From the IMG/VR virus record IMGVR_UViG_3300033072_000473, positions 1 to 64,000 of that record: a DNA stretch of 64,000 nucleotides. One strand, 5' to 3'. The stretch is from a virus (taxonomy: Duplodnaviria; Caudoviricetes). Below the pieces are notes generated by a model. The model did no database searches. It was not told the origin of the DNA and worked only from the letters and a program-made list of their open reading frames with translations. A program made the translations under genes and the position numbers. Below are positions 38,514 through 48,895 of this stretch, piece after piece; the first letter of the stretch is position 1; the number at the start of each line of letters is the position of its first letter.

Positions 38514-40749
38514 CGAATTTACCGAAGCTATAGTCGTCGCCTACATCTTGGTCAACTCCAATGGGAAATCCGGAAATAGAAAAACCTCTATCTTTTTGAG
38601 TACAGCTTTTAAGAATAGCCTTATACTCGTCTACTTGATCTTCACGAACTTCAGCAACAATAGAGTCGTGCACAAGCATAAATACTTTAGCATCTAGTTT
38701 GTATGCTTTGATAGCTTTTAGTACATCTACTACAGCAATCAAGTTTACATCGCTAGCCAATGCTTGTACCATAGCGTTAATACCGCTACGAACTTCGTGA
38801 GATGCAATACCCTTATCGCTAGAAAATACGTTTTTTAAACGACGTTTACGACCAAAGCTAGTATAGCAGTAACCGTCTTTCTCAATCTGAGCTTTGCAGT
38901 CATCTAGCCATTTACGCAGCTTTTTAAAAGTATTGAAATACTGTTCAATAACCTCTCGTGCTTCACCTACTGACATAGGAGTACCAGATTTAGTTACAGT
39001 ATCTGCAACTTTTTGAGGGCCAGAACCGTATAGAATACCAAAGGTAATTGCCTTAGCTGCTTGACGATCGCCCGGATATAGCTTCTTTACATCATCTACT
39101 TCACATGGAAGATTGAAAACCATCTTAGCAATAGTAGAGTGCAAGTCACCACCAGACTTAAACACATCTTGTAGTTTTGGATCCTTGCTAAGTACAGAAG
39201 CATAATAAACTTCTGCAGTTGATAAGTCTTGGGATACTATTTTATAGCCAGGTCTGGCAACAATAGATCCTTTAACTCGCGCTTCATCTCTTGGAATTTG
39301 TTGGGCGTTGAACTTACCACTACTAGACAATCTTCCAGAGGTTGTAGTAATAAGATTAAAACCTGTACGAATTCTCCCATCTTTATCTAACTCAGTAATT
39401 AGTTTATCAATATAAGTATTCTTAATCTTATTAAGTTTACGAATAGTTAATAAGCTGTTAACAATAGGATGCTGACCTTCTAGAGATTCTAGAACTTCTG
39501 CATCAGTACTTTGTACACCTGTGCTAGTAAGTTTATGTAGAGGATTCAGTCCAAGTCGATCAAATAAAAGCTCACGCAATTGTTGAACAGAATTAGGGTT
39601 AAAAGAAGCTCCACGAGAGGCTTCTAGCTCTTTGATTTCACTAAAACTATAAAGATTATTAGTAGCCTTTTCAATAGCTTCATTGATAGTTACTTGAGCA
39701 AACTTAAGTCTATCAATACTTAGTGGAATACCTGCTTCTTCAATTTCTTTAAGAGCAGTAGAGCCTGGAATCATTAGATTATAATATACATTCTTTAACT
39801 TTGGGTTCTTATCAATCAAAGGTTTAAACATATAGTATAGTTCTAGAGTTACTGCTGTATCCATTGCAGCATACTCTGAAATGATTTCAAAAGGAATTAA
39901 ATCATAAGAAAACTCTTCTTCTTTAATCTTATGAGTCTTACAATAAGACTTCTTAAATTCCTCTAGGGCTGAATCATAGTCTCCAAACTTGGTGTACTTA
40001 ATTGCTAGAGTTTTTAGACCATGAGTTCCTTGTGTTTCATCAAGGAGATAATGCATAAGAATAGTATCATCATAGTCTTCACGGAATTGAAAACCAAAGT
40101 GATACTCAAGCATTTTCAAGTCAAACTTACTGTTATGAAAAACAGTACGATGTTTCAAAAATACTCGCTGCATAATATCATATACGCGCTCACTAATTAC
40201 ATCACTGGAGATGTAAGCGGCTTTTTTAAGCTTAGAGCATAGAGAGATACCAAGAACAAAGCCATCACGCGGGTACAGTGCAGTAGTTTCCGTGTCCACT
40301 GCTGTAACACCACTTTGTTCCGTATCTTTTTCCCACTCTACAATCCAGTTGTAGGCTTCTTCTTCGTCAAGGATACCAACATAGTCTCCAGAACGGTCTA
40401 CTAGCTCTTCTCCTGAAAGAATTTTATGCAACTGTTCTAGTGAACGCTCAAAGGCAGGTTTAGCTTCCGGCTTAAAAATAACCATACTGGGATTAGTAAG
40501 TGGAATAAACTTGCCATCAATGCATGTACCTGAATGTTCAGATACACTAGCTTTTGTATATTGTTTTGTAGCTTCAGAACCTACCAAAACTACATATTCA
40601 TACTCGTCAATATTTACTTCAATATCAACGTCTTTCTTCAAAATCTTAGGTAGCTTCTTAGAGCATAGGTGATATAGATCAAATTCAAAATCAAAGTAAT
40701 TCTGATATTTGATATTACTTGGGCATTTATCAATAACAGCAATTTTCAT
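38446..40749 (-). CDS. Family A DNA polymerase
   Basis: 3'-5' exo DTETT, HNSKFD; motif A QDLSTAEVY, motif B RQAAKAITFGILYG, motif C LVHDS. Confidence 0.95.
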   Translation of the reverse strand: MKIAVIDKCPSNIKYQNYFDFEFDLYHLCSKKLPKILKKDVDIEVNIDEYEYVVLVGSEATKQYTKASVSEHSGTCIDGKFIPLTNPSMVIFKPEAKPAFERSLEQLHKILSGEELVDRSGDYVGILDEEEAYNWIVEWEKDTEQSGVTAVDTETTALYPRDGFVLGISLCSKLKKAAYISSDVISERVYDIMQRVFLKHRTVFHNSKFDLKMLEYHFGFQFREDYDDTILMHYLLDETQGTHGLKTLAIKYTKFGDYDSALEEFKKSYCKTHKIKEEEFSYDLIPFEIISEYAAMDTAVTLELYYMFKPLIDKNPKLKNVYYNLMIPGSTALKEIEEAGIPLSIDRLKFAQVTINEAIEKATNNLYSFSEIKELEASRGASFNPNSVQQLRELLFDRLGLNPLHKLTSTGVQSTDAEVLESLEGQHPIVNSLLTIRKLNKIKNTYIDKLITELDKDGRIRTGFNLITTTSGRLSSSGKFNAQQIPRDEARVKGSIVARPGYKIVSQDLSTAEVYYASVLSKDPKLQDVFKSGGDLHSTIAKMVFNLPCEVDDVKKLYPGDRQAAKAITFGILYGSGPQKVADTVTKSGTPMSVGEAREVIEQYFNTFKKLRKWLDDCKAQIEKDGYCYTSFGRKRRLKNVFSSDKGIASHEVRSGINAMVQALASDVNLIAVVDVLKAIKAYKLDAKVFMLVHDSIVAEVREDQVDEYKAILKSCTQKDRGFSISGFPIGVDQDVGDDYSFGKFDDKFGEEYAKFLADPISYIPNC

Positions 40750-41594
40750 AGTAGTGTCTTTAAGCGTCTTATATCTTCTTTTGAAAGTGATCCGGGGTCA
40801 GTATCTTCTGGCAATTCTATATTATCCACTATAAAGCCAGACTTTTCAAGATGAGGTTTTAATATCTCAACAGCTTTCTGACCTGGGGCATCTCCATCGT
40901 ATAAAAATACGATCTTATGAATACCTTGTAGCTTAAGACCTAGTATCTTTTCTTTATTTAAGCCTTTTACGGAACCTAGACCTTGAGTTCCCATTGTAGC
41001 AACAACATTTTTAATACCATTATCGTATAAGTTTAGCATATCAAATATGCCCTCTACTAGAATAACAGTACCATTATTATCTTCTATTTTGGCAGGGAAT
41101 AGTGGAACCTCTACACCACTAGGAAAGTTTAAATATCTAGGTGTTCCTGCACTAAGTATATGCCTGCCTACAAAGCAAACAATTTTATCTTTTGAGTCCC
41201 TTAGTGGGAATACTACTCTATCCTCATAGTCTTTATGTGTAAAAGCATTAAAGTACTGTAGAGTAGCAGGACTAATTCCTCGAAATTCTCTAGTGTATGG
41301 TTGAGCACCTTTAGGCATCTCTAAACCATAACTATCTGCGTATATCTTTGCAATTTTATCACGTATTTTTGTTACGTATATACTTTGAGTATCAGCAATT
41401 AACCCAAAGTATTTATAAATATTTAGTTTAAATCCACAAGAGAAGCAATGGCCGATACCCGTCAACTTATCAATCCTAAGTGACGGGTCTCGATCATTAT
41501 GCTCTGGGTTTAAGCAGCGGATAAGAAAGTCTTTACCGCTAACTTTATATTCAAGTTTATTAGATTGTATTAACTCTAAAACGGTCATTACCAC
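40746..41594 (-). CDS. DNA primase (Zn-finger + TOPRIM)
   Basis: CLNPEH...CFSCG; VEGIFD; YDGD.PG. Confidence 0.9.
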   Translation of the reverse strand: MVMTVLELIQSNKLEYKVSGKDFLIRCLNPEHNDRDPSLRIDKLTGIGHCFSCGFKLNIYKYFGLIADTQSIYVTKIRDKIAKIYADSYGLEMPKGAQPYTREFRGISPATLQYFNAFTHKDYEDRVVFPLRDSKDKIVCFVGRHILSAGTPRYLNFPSGVEVPLFPAKIEDNNGTVILVEGIFDMLNLYDNGIKNVVATMGTQGLGSVKGLNKEKILGLKLQGIHKIVFLYDGDAPGQKAVEILKPHLEKSGFIVDNIELPEDTDPGSLSKEDIRRLKTLL

Positions 41595-42970
41595 GGTAAG
41601 TCTTCCTTATCTACTGGAGTTTGCGCTTGCGCAGGTTTTTCTTTCTTTTCTTTTGCTTCTAGTTTTTTAACTGGTGTTGGTATTTCTGAAGGATCAATCT
41701 TAAGTGTATCCCAATCCATTCCACTACTAAACTTAATAGGCGAACCGCCACGAATTTTAGTAGTTTCAAAGGTTAGGGCGTTATCTTCTCTAGTATGCGC
41801 ATCTAGTAGCAGCGCAATATCCGCTGCATCTAGAATACCTTTTGCAAAGCGTGTGCCACCAGAATCATCAATCTGATATGGTGAGAAAATACAAACATCG
41901 TACTTTCTAGCAAACTCTTTCATCTTTTTAGAGATATAAATTTGTGTAGCCCAGTCATACATGCCTTCTTCACTACCAGGTACTACAATCTGATTCAAGT
42001 AGTCAATAACTGCTAGTTTCAACCCATCACCTAGTTGAGCTTTTAGCTTTTGTAAATGAAGATCAATTGCAGTTATAGTTAACTCTCTATCATCAATAAT
42101 TACTAATTGATTTTGCTTGAGAGATTTTGTACGAAGTAAATCACTTTCAAACTTGAACTTATCTTTATGCTCTAGAAATTCATTGACTAAACTATCTGCA
42201 TCTTCAAACATAGATGCTCTAGCTTTTACCAATTTAATAATATCAGTAAACTCTAGGTTATTCTGTCGTACTTTGGCGTGGGACACGCCCGACATTATAG
42301 ATAGTTGACGCTCAAAGATTTCATTACCCGTCATTTCAATAGTAAAGTACACAGCAGAATTGCCAATATCCAGTTGATTAACACATAGATTTGTACATAC
42401 AATTGATTTACCAGAACCACGTTTACCGCCTACAAGGATTAACTCTTGTCTATAGGCTCCACCAAGTGCACTATCAAAGGTATTGTTAATACCAAGGGGG
42501 AATCTAGCATGATTTTTATCTTCATCACGCTTAAACAGCGAAATAGAATTCATAGAGATAACTGTTTCACTAGTATGAGTCTTTTCATCTAGCTTCATTG
42601 CAATATTTGCAATATTATCTTTAATCTCTTGAGTGGTACAAAGTGTTATATTGTCAATAAACCTATCTATCATTCTCAATGCTTCAGTTTGCGTATAACT
42701 GTCAATTAAAGCATCAATAGCTAAGTCTATTTCTACATCCGGGACTTCTAAATCTTTTAACGAGGCAAGCGCCCTAGTTAATGGTGTATCTCTAGTAGTA
42801 AGTTCTAAGTCTTCGAAACTAGGTATAGTATTATACTTATTGTAATACTTGGTAATAGCAGTATATAAGCTACTGTATGAAGGGTCAAGAAAGGCAAGTT
42901 TAATTCTAGCCCATGCCTCTAGGCTCTTCTCTTTTAGCAGTTTATGTAAAACTATTGCCCCAATATCCAT
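41588..42970 (-). CDS. DnaB-like replicative helicase
   Basis: GKRGSGKS, FTIEM, VIDYL. Confidence 0.88.
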   Translation of the reverse strand: MDIGAIVLHKLLKEKSLEAWARIKLAFLDPSYSSLYTAITKYYNKYNTIPSFEDLELTTRDTPLTRALASLKDLEVPDVEIDLAIDALIDSYTQTEALRMIDRFIDNITLCTTQEIKDNIANIAMKLDEKTHTSETVISMNSISLFKRDEDKNHARFPLGINNTFDSALGGAYRQELILVGGKRGSGKSIVCTNLCVNQLDIGNSAVYFTIEMTGNEIFERQLSIMSGVSHAKVRQNNLEFTDIIKLVKARASMFEDADSLVNEFLEHKDKFKFESDLLRTKSLKQNQLVIIDDRELTITAIDLHLQKLKAQLGDGLKLAVIDYLNQIVVPGSEEGMYDWATQIYISKKMKEFARKYDVCIFSPYQIDDSGGTRFAKGILDAADIALLLDAHTREDNALTFETTKIRGGSPIKFSSGMDWDTLKIDPSEIPTPVKKLEAKEKKEKPAQAQTPVDKEDLPW

Positions 42971-42972
42971 GT

Positions 42973-43272
42973 TTAGGAAACTCTTGTCTCGTTATCCTTG
43001 ATAACTGTATTTAACTCATTTACTAGTCTTGATAGTACTGTTTCTTTTAATTCTTTTAACTTATCATTATATAACCCTCCAGAATCAAAAAGTATGCCTA
43101 ATTGATCATAGGTTATTGCTTGTTGTAGTCCGAAGTACACAATATCCCAAGGATCATTAGAGCTTGGAAATACTTCTACTTCGGTATATTCGCCAAATAA
43201 CTCTTTAGCTTGGCGAATTACTTCATCTTTTGTAAGAGAAGTATGGTCATAATATGTAATTCGTACTTTCAT
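42973..43272 (-). CDS. Hypothetical protein
   Basis: 99-aa ORF contiguous with helicase. Confidence 0.6.
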   Translation of the reverse strand: MKVRITYYDHTSLTKDEVIRQAKELFGEYTEVEVFPSSNDPWDIVYFGLQQAITYDQLGILFDSGGLYNDKLKELKETVLSRLVNELNTVIKDNETRVS

Positions 43273-43339
43273 AGTCTATAAACTAAAAATGGCGGCTTTG
43301 TTAAAACAAAACCGCCATTTTGCAAATAATAATTAAGAA

Positions 43340-44077
43340 TTATTCAGCGGCTTTTGCAGCAGCTTTTTCCTTACGTCCTGCACCATCATAGTCAGCACAA
43401 GTAATACCACGACGAGTAAGCGTAGTCTTAATACCGCGCTCAGTCTTACCAGTTGCTTCAGCAATTTCAGCAACAGTCATACCAGTTACATCGCCAAGAG
43501 CTTCAAGAGCATCTTCCTTCTCTTTAGCGTGAGACTCCTTCATTGCAGGAATCTTTTCAATTTCGCCAGACTTCAGTAAAGACAAAGCCTTACCACGAAC
43601 TGAATTAATGCTCTTACCAAGCTTATCAGCAATTTCTTCAACGAACTTGCCAGCCTTAACAAGTTGAACAAACGCAGTTTCTTCTTCACCAGTATAAGAG
43701 CGAGCAGCTTCAACCTTTTCAGTAGGCTTAACCAAGCTAGTCAACTCAAGAGAAAGAATCTTACCCTGAACTTGCTTTGCAGTAAACTTACCATCAGCAA
43801 AGTTTTCAGCAATTTCAGCGTAGGTATACTGGTTGGCATAACGATTAACAAAGTTACTCAAAGCATCAGCTTCTTCTTGGCTAAAAGCAGAAGTATGAAC
43901 CTTAGCCATGCTAGCAACTTCAAAACCAAGTTTACGCAACTTAGCAGCTACGGAACGAGTAGTAGTCTCAAGAGTCTCAGCAGCGGCTTCAACAGTTTTC
44001 ACAGAAACTGGGCTTTCATCGCCAACGATGCCTTGAAGTTGTTGAGTACGTTCGTCAGTCCATTTAGCAGTAGTCAT
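43340..44077 (-). CDS. DNA-binding protein (T5 D5-like)
   Basis: Repeated HTH-like units (IAENF, IADKLGKS, IAEATGKT); synteny. Confidence 0.7.
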   Translation of the reverse strand: MTTAKWTDERTQQLQGIVGDESPVSVKTVEAAAETLETTTRSVAAKLRKLGFEVASMAKVHTSAFSQEEADALSNFVNRYANQYTYAEIAENFADGKFTAKQVQGKILSLELTSLVKPTEKVEAARSYTGEEETAFVQLVKAGKFVEEIADKLGKSINSVRGKALSLLKSGEIEKIPAMKESHAKEKEDALEALGDVTGMTVAEIAEATGKTERGIKTTLTRRGITCADYDGAGRKEKAAAKAAE

Positions 44078-44078
44078 A

Positions 44079-44819
44079 TTATTTATATTCCTTAATAAGT
44101 TCTTCGATTGTAATAATCGGGATGTTTAGTTTTTCAGCTTTTTCACGCTTAGAAGAAGCTTTACCTTCTTCGTCAATAAGAATATTAGTGGTTTTAGTTA
44201 CTGAATCAGTAATAGTAAACCCTAACGATTCAAGATATTTAGCAGCATCACTTCTATTCTTGAAGTTTAGCAGCTTCCCAGTAATACATACTGAAATATT
44301 TTTAGAAGTTTCACTAGCCGTTTGTTCTTCAAAAGTTAAATTAATCGGTAATCCAACGTATTCCTGTGAGTCAATCCATTCTAAGAGATTAGCCGTTGCT
44401 TTTTCACCAAGTCCTGCTTGTTTACACGATTCTTTTGAAATATCATCAATAGTTTTACATACTGTTCCCAACTTCTTAGATGCTGTTTCACCGATTAGTG
44501 GAATACTAAAAGCGGCTAAACCAACATTAAGAGGAATAGTCTTAGATTGTTGAACTTCTTTAAACAACTTGTTGCCCATAGTATCACCAAGGGCATCGAC
44601 ATAGTAATGAACGCTAAAATCATATAGATCGTGAATTTTTTCAAAATCTAGTTTTTCTAGAGTTTTCTCACCCATGCCTTTAATCTTCATTACTTTACAG
44701 TAATGCTGAATCTTTTTCAGAGTTTGAGCAGAACATTCCTTATTCCTACAAAACAACTGCTCATTAACCATTTCCAAGTTACTATTACAAGCGGGGCAGG
44801 TCGTAGGTATTTGAATCAT
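44079..44819 (-). CDS. NAD-dependent DNA ligase, C-terminal subunit (Zn finger, HhH, BRCT)
   Basis: CPAC...FC.NKEC, IKGMGEK, IPLIGE, CITGK BRCT. Confidence 0.88.
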   Translation of the reverse strand: MIQIPTTCPACNSNLEMVNEQLFCRNKECSAQTLKKIQHYCKVMKIKGMGEKTLEKLDFEKIHDLYDFSVHYYVDALGDTMGNKLFKEVQQSKTIPLNVGLAAFSIPLIGETASKKLGTVCKTIDDISKESCKQAGLGEKATANLLEWIDSQEYVGLPINLTFEEQTASETSKNISVCITGKLLNFKNRSDAAKYLESLGFTITDSVTKTTNILIDEEGKASSKREKAEKLNIPIITIEELIKEYK

Positions 44820-44847
44820 TATTCTCTCTCAATCACTGTATGAATAC

Positions 44848-44876
44848 ATTATAGCACTATAGTTGAACATAATCAA
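44848..44876 (-). promoter_or_regulatory. sigma70-type promoter between the ligase halves
   Basis: TTGATT-17-TATAAT. Confidence 0.7.
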
Positions 44877-45842
44877 CTAGATTTTTTCTGATCTTACTAC
44901 GCATGGGATGATGCCACCAGCCCGTTCAATATATACCATATCACCAATATCTAAATCTAGGGCTTTGATGAAACCGGGATTATTAAGAGTAGCTCTACTA
45001 ATATTAGCCCCGTCAATACAGATTGGGTCAAAAATAGCCACTGGAGTAACCTTTCCAGATTTTCCTGTTTGCCAAATAACTTCCCTAAGAATGGTTCCAA
45101 GGCCACTAGTGCGATTCTTAATAGCATAAGCACCGCGAGGATGTTTAGAAGTGAACCCGAGGTCATCGTAATCTTTCTGCAAATTTACTCTAACTACTGC
45201 ACCATCGTGTGGGAAGTTATCACAAAAGTCAGTATCTTGAACAGTATTAAACCCAAGATTATGCAAAAATTCAAGTTTTTGAGTGTAGTAATCGAACTCA
45301 ATACCTGCACAGTCATATGCAACAAAGTACAGATCACGATTAGAGAACTCAACAGTATCTAGAAGCCCCAATGCTCCGGATGCGTAGTTACGAGCATTAG
45401 GAATAGACTTAGGGGCTACTACTTCGCCAGTTACTTGAATAGTACGCAAATCATCAATGTAAATAGGTAACATCTTATCAGGGCAAAGTAAGAACTTATC
45501 AGTAATTACTTCACCAGTCTCACCATCACCCCGTTTCAGTACTTGAGTAAGAAAGCCATTTACATATAGAGCCGAGATAGCTGCGCCATCTAGCTTAGGG
45601 GTTGTAATCTTTTGCTTAGTATAATCTGCCAAAGGAACTTTACCTTCACCAGCATAGTACTTTTGCAAAGAATAGAGCTTGTAGGTGTGCTTTGCAGTTA
45701 GACCCCGATCAGGGGTTGAACCCAAACGATTGTAACCTACCATATCAGCAAGATAATCAAACTGACTATCGCTGATAATAGGTTGACCTGCGTAGTAATG
45801 TTTACTAGCTGTATCAAGAAATTCAGAAATGGATTGCGTCAT
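44877..45842 (-). CDS. NAD-dependent DNA ligase, adenylation + OB subunit
   Basis: KLDG, RGDG..GE, GEV, RNYASG, DGAV, QTGKSG..TPVA. Confidence 0.9.
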   Translation of the reverse strand: MTQSISEFLDTASKHYYAGQPIISDSQFDYLADMVGYNRLGSTPDRGLTAKHTYKLYSLQKYYAGEGKVPLADYTKQKITTPKLDGAAISALYVNGFLTQVLKRGDGETGEVITDKFLLCPDKMLPIYIDDLRTIQVTGEVVAPKSIPNARNYASGALGLLDTVEFSNRDLYFVAYDCAGIEFDYYTQKLEFLHNLGFNTVQDTDFCDNFPHDGAVVRVNLQKDYDDLGFTSKHPRGAYAIKNRTSGLGTILREVIWQTGKSGKVTPVAIFDPICIDGANISRATLNNPGFIKALDLDIGDMVYIERAGGIIPCVVRSEKI

Positions 45843-46137
45843 CTTTAGTTACACTTTCATTATAAGAATTAATTATATCATATAAGGCTTCATCAATCAA
45901 GCCTTTTTCTGCTTCTGATATTAACTCAGATACAGCTAGAAATAATGCTAAGGTACTAGATATTTCTAATGGCATTGAGATTCCATCTTTAGTTGGAACC
46001 CATTCGCCTTCAAAGTCTAGAAAGTACTTTCGTATGTGTAAGTACTGTACGTTTCTAAACTCATTAATAGTAATGCGTACTTGTATTTCTTTTTCAGGAT
46101 TATAGTAGAGAGTTCTACTAAATAAATCCTCACTCAT
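45823..46137 (-). CDS. PC4-like ssDNA-binding protein
   Basis: VRITINEFR..YLHIRKYF...WVPTKDGIS. Confidence 0.75.
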   Translation of the reverse strand: MSEDLFSRTLYYNPEKEIQVRITINEFRNVQYLHIRKYFLDFEGEWVPTKDGISMPLEISSTLALFLAVSELISEAEKGLIDEALYDIINSYNESVTKDDAIHF

Positions 46138-46279
46138 CGTATGCTTTTCCGAAGCCTACTGAAATATACCAAAATAACAAAACACAACTAATAGTTAGTT
46201 GAAAAGGGAACTTATCAAAATGGATTCCTAATCCGAACCCACGTGATCGCCCATAAGTAAATCTATCTCCTGATCCCAT
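46130..46279 (-). CDS. 49-aa membrane peptide (MGSGDRFTYG...); not in ORF track
   Basis: Fills the gap between 46281 and 46137 with tight junctions. Confidence 0.45.
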   Translation of the reverse strand: MGSGDRFTYGRSRGFGLGIHFDKFPFQLTISCVLLFWYISVGFGKAYDE

Positions 46280-46280
46280 G

Positions 46281-46553
46281 TTATCGCAACATAGAGGATA
46301 GTGGGACTACTGAAACTACTTGTGAGATTTCAATATTTTTGAAGTCGTCCAAGTCCCAGCAAAAGGCCCTGACCGTTCCAGGTTTAGGAACTGACATGGC
46401 CGGTCGTTGTGAGAGTTTGTCTGTGATATATTTGCAGTTATCCAGTTCAATGGTACAAATATGATATTTTTGCTTATTAGAGATAGGACTAACGTAATAA
46501 ACGTATGCATCGCCTGCCTCATTCATTTTTTGCTTAAAAATATCAAAGTTCAT
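46281..46553 (-). CDS. Hypothetical protein
   Basis: 90-aa ORF, stop/start overlap with upstream gene. Confidence 0.65.
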   Translation of the reverse strand: MNFDIFKQKMNEAGDAYVYYVSPISNKQKYHICTIELDNCKYITDKLSQRPAMSVPKPGTVRAFCWDLDDFKNIEISQVVSVVPLSSMLR

Positions 46554-47158
46554 TATAGTGTAATTCCTTGTTGTCTCAAATGGTCTAAGCTAGCCAACTC
46601 CCAATACGGCTGATAGGCAAACTGTTGCCATTCTTCAGCATCTAGCCAAACTCTATAAACTTCTGGCTGATTGGGTACTAGTGATTTAATAATTGCCATA
46701 GAATTGTATCTTGCCGACCATACGCGCTCATTTACTTCAAACTTTTCACGCATGGCAGCTTCAGGGATTAGTTCAGGCGTCCAGTAATCTGCTCCTTGAA
46801 TACGTTTAGGGCAAGATACACGTTCTAAAATATTCTTTACAAAATTATCGCTGCGGTAAATACTATTAGCAATTTTACTAATTGGCTCACCTTCCAAATA
46901 AGAAGTAACTATCAAATCAATTTCTTCTTTGGAAGCTGCCTTATAACGCTTTTTCTCACGCTGTAGACGCTCGTGATCTTTTTTATCTTTGTAATTATTA
47001 ATAATACTATCTAATCGAGTAGTATTATAACTAATACATAAGATTTCACATGCAGCCTTCTTAGTAATAGGCTTTTCAGCAGAAAGAAGGCCAATTACTT
47101 TCTCAATATTAGAATCGGTTAGATTCTCATGTTCTGCATTAGCCCGCTTTCTAGCCAT
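46553..47158 (-). CDS. Hypothetical, possible DNA-binding protein
   Basis: KKAACEILCISYNTTRL and ISKIANSIYRS helix-turn-helix-like segments. Confidence 0.6.
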   Translation of the reverse strand: MARKRANAEHENLTDSNIEKVIGLLSAEKPITKKAACEILCISYNTTRLDSIINNYKDKKDHERLQREKKRYKAASKEEIDLIVTSYLEGEPISKIANSIYRSDNFVKNILERVSCPKRIQGADYWTPELIPEAAMREKFEVNERVWSARYNSMAIIKSLVPNQPEVYRVWLDAEEWQQFAYQPYWELASLDHLRQQGITL

Positions 47159-47169
47159 TTAACTACTCC

Positions 47170-47532
47170 TTAAAGGAACTTCTTCAAAAGTTCAGTAAAG
47201 TATACTGCTTGCTTACCCGTCAACTTATCAAGGATTTCAGCATCAGGAGTGATACCTTCAGATTCAATAAGTTGAGAAAGTGCCTGAATAGAATCAGCCT
47301 TGGAAACACGCTTCGGCTTATCTTCAGAATCCTTAGTAGTGCTAGACTTGGATGCTGACGCAGCCTGCTTAACATATACTTCAGCTTTAGAGAGGATCAT
47401 GCGAACACCATTAGTAGTTTCGCCAAGAGCCTCAGCAACTTCCTTGACAATCTCTACAGAGTTTTCAGGGGTCGGGTCAGCTTCGGTATACATCTTAACA
47501 GCTTGCGCTTTCTTTTCATCAGTCCATGCCAT
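47170..47532 (-). CDS. T5 D3-like protein
   Basis: WT.E...SVEIVKEVAE..G.T.NG.RM.L.KA.VY.K pattern; synteny. Confidence 0.6.
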   Translation of the reverse strand: MAWTDEKKAQAVKMYTEADPTPENSVEIVKEVAEALGETTNGVRMILSKAEVYVKQAASASKSSTTKDSEDKPKRVSKADSIQALSQLIESEGITPDAEILDKLTGKQAVYFTELLKKFL

Positions 47533-47571
47533 GTTTTATTTCTCCAGTTGTGTTAATCAAATTGAAATAGT

Positions 47572-47600
47572 ATTATACAGCGTTAAATCATTAAAATCAA
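47572..47600 (-). promoter_or_regulatory. sigma70-type promoter
   Basis: TTGATT-17-TATAAT. Confidence 0.7.
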
Positions 47601-47610
47601 ATGAATATTT

Positions 47611-47859
47611 TTAATGATAAACTTCGTGAAACCTACGTTGGTTTTTTGGTGATGGAATTTGTTTTTGTTCCATCATCATGTTATATAGATATAAAAATCC
47701 GTTAGATACGTTAAACAGCTTATCATACCTAACTTTAACAAAAGGATCGTTAGGGTCAAATTGCAAGTTCTGAAGCTCAGTGATAGTCTGCATTGCATCT
47801 GTAGCAATGCCATCAATGACCTTCATATGATTTTTACCTTTAACCCGCATTGGTAACAA
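47611..47859 (-). CDS. Hypothetical protein
   Basis: ORF fills gap; start may be the internal MKVIDG. Confidence 0.55.
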   Translation of the reverse strand: MLPMRVKGKNHMKVIDGIATDAMQTITELQNLQFDPNDPFVKVRYDKLFNVSNGFLYLYNMMMEQKQIPSPKNQRRFHEVYH

Positions 47860-48124
47860 TCTCTACGTCTTGAATACCTTCAGGATTAAAGTTCTTAAAG
47901 TATTTCTTAATCATACTCTGAATACCAAACTTAGCATCCAGTTCTTCTAAAAGAGTCGTTTTTTCTTCCAAGTATTGCTCATAAATATCATTAAAAGACG
48001 CTTGTTCATCTTCAGTAAGATCAGATAAATCAAGAATACTATAATGCTTGGCAGGAGAAGAAACGACAATACCAGTCCGGTTAGAAATCTCGCCATTTGC
48101 CTTCTTATATTTAAACTTAATCAT
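47840..48124 (-). CDS. Hypothetical protein
   Basis: 94-aa ORF with SD gagg, after a promoter. Confidence 0.65.
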   Translation of the reverse strand: MIKFKYKKANGEISNRTGIVVSSPAKHYSILDLSDLTEDEQASFNDIYEQYLEEKTTLLEELDAKFGIQSMIKKYFKNFNPEGIQDVEIVTNAG

Positions 48125-48151
48125 ATAGCCCTCTTATCAATTTATAAATAT

Positions 48152-48180
48152 ATTATACAGTAATAAGCATGTATACTCAA
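48152..48180 (-). promoter_or_regulatory. sigma70-type promoter
   Basis: TTGAGT-17-TATAAT. Confidence 0.7.
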
Positions 48181-48184
48181 GTTA

Positions 48185-48859
48185 TTAATTTTCAAACTCT
48201 TTATACAATGCTACTAGAATATCCTTGACAATTTTGGATCTAACAACGTCATCTAGATCAAAATGTACTACAGGAACATCTAGCCCGTATTTTTTGCTTA
48301 TTTCATCAAACCATACAAGACCGTTCTGGCCTTTAATATCGGTTTGAAATGGGTCACCTAAAAGTAGGAGCTTAGAGTACTCACCTAATCTTGTAGTTAT
48401 AGAAATTACTTCTTCTATAGATAGGTTTTGTGCCTCGTCGATAACAATAAAGCTTTGTTCAAAGCTACGCCCTCTAATTGTTTCTAGCGGTTGTAGTTGA
48501 ATTTGTTTTTTCTCCATAGCATATTGATACTTGTGATCTCCGAGGAACTTTCTCAATACATCTAATGCAGGGGTTACCCAAGGAGTTAACTTATCTTCTA
48601 CTGTGCCGGGGAAGTGACCTAAAGTCCTGCCAGTTGGCACATTAGCTCTAGAAAGCACTATCCTGTCCACGTAATCATTGTAGAAGTATTTTGCAGCCAT
48701 TGCGGCGCTAACATAAGTTTTTCCGCAGCCTGCTGGCCCAATAGCTAAAGTTATTGGGTGCTTTTCTATTGCTTTAATAAGCAACTCTTGGTTATGAGTT
48801 TTAGGAACTAGTTGTGCAGCACCTTCGTGGTACTCACTAAATTTTTTATGTCGTCCCAT
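48185..48859 (-). CDS. phoH: PhoH-family ATPase
   Basis: GPAGCGKT, RANVP, GHFPG..EDK, RGRSF, IDEAQN, GDPFQTD. Confidence 0.92.
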   Translation of the reverse strand: MGRHKKFSEYHEGAAQLVPKTHNQELLIKAIEKHPITLAIGPAGCGKTYVSAAMAAKYFYNDYVDRIVLSRANVPTGRTLGHFPGTVEDKLTPWVTPALDVLRKFLGDHKYQYAMEKKQIQLQPLETIRGRSFEQSFIVIDEAQNLSIEEVISITTRLGEYSKLLLLGDPFQTDIKGQNGLVWFDEISKKYGLDVPVVHFDLDDVVRSKIVKDILVALYKEFEN

Positions 48860-48895
48860 ATAGTTTTTTCTCTTATCGACAAGAGGGCTAATGAT

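Noticed and set aside
29883-45362. Plus-strand ORFs within the replication block (e.g. 35897..36316, 43664..44095, 44122..44553)
   Set aside because: Antisense shadows of well-supported minus-strand genes.
44079-45842. Split NAD-dependent ligase as a novelty or pseudogene
   Set aside because: A two-gene ligase is normal in T5-like phages; both halves are intact.
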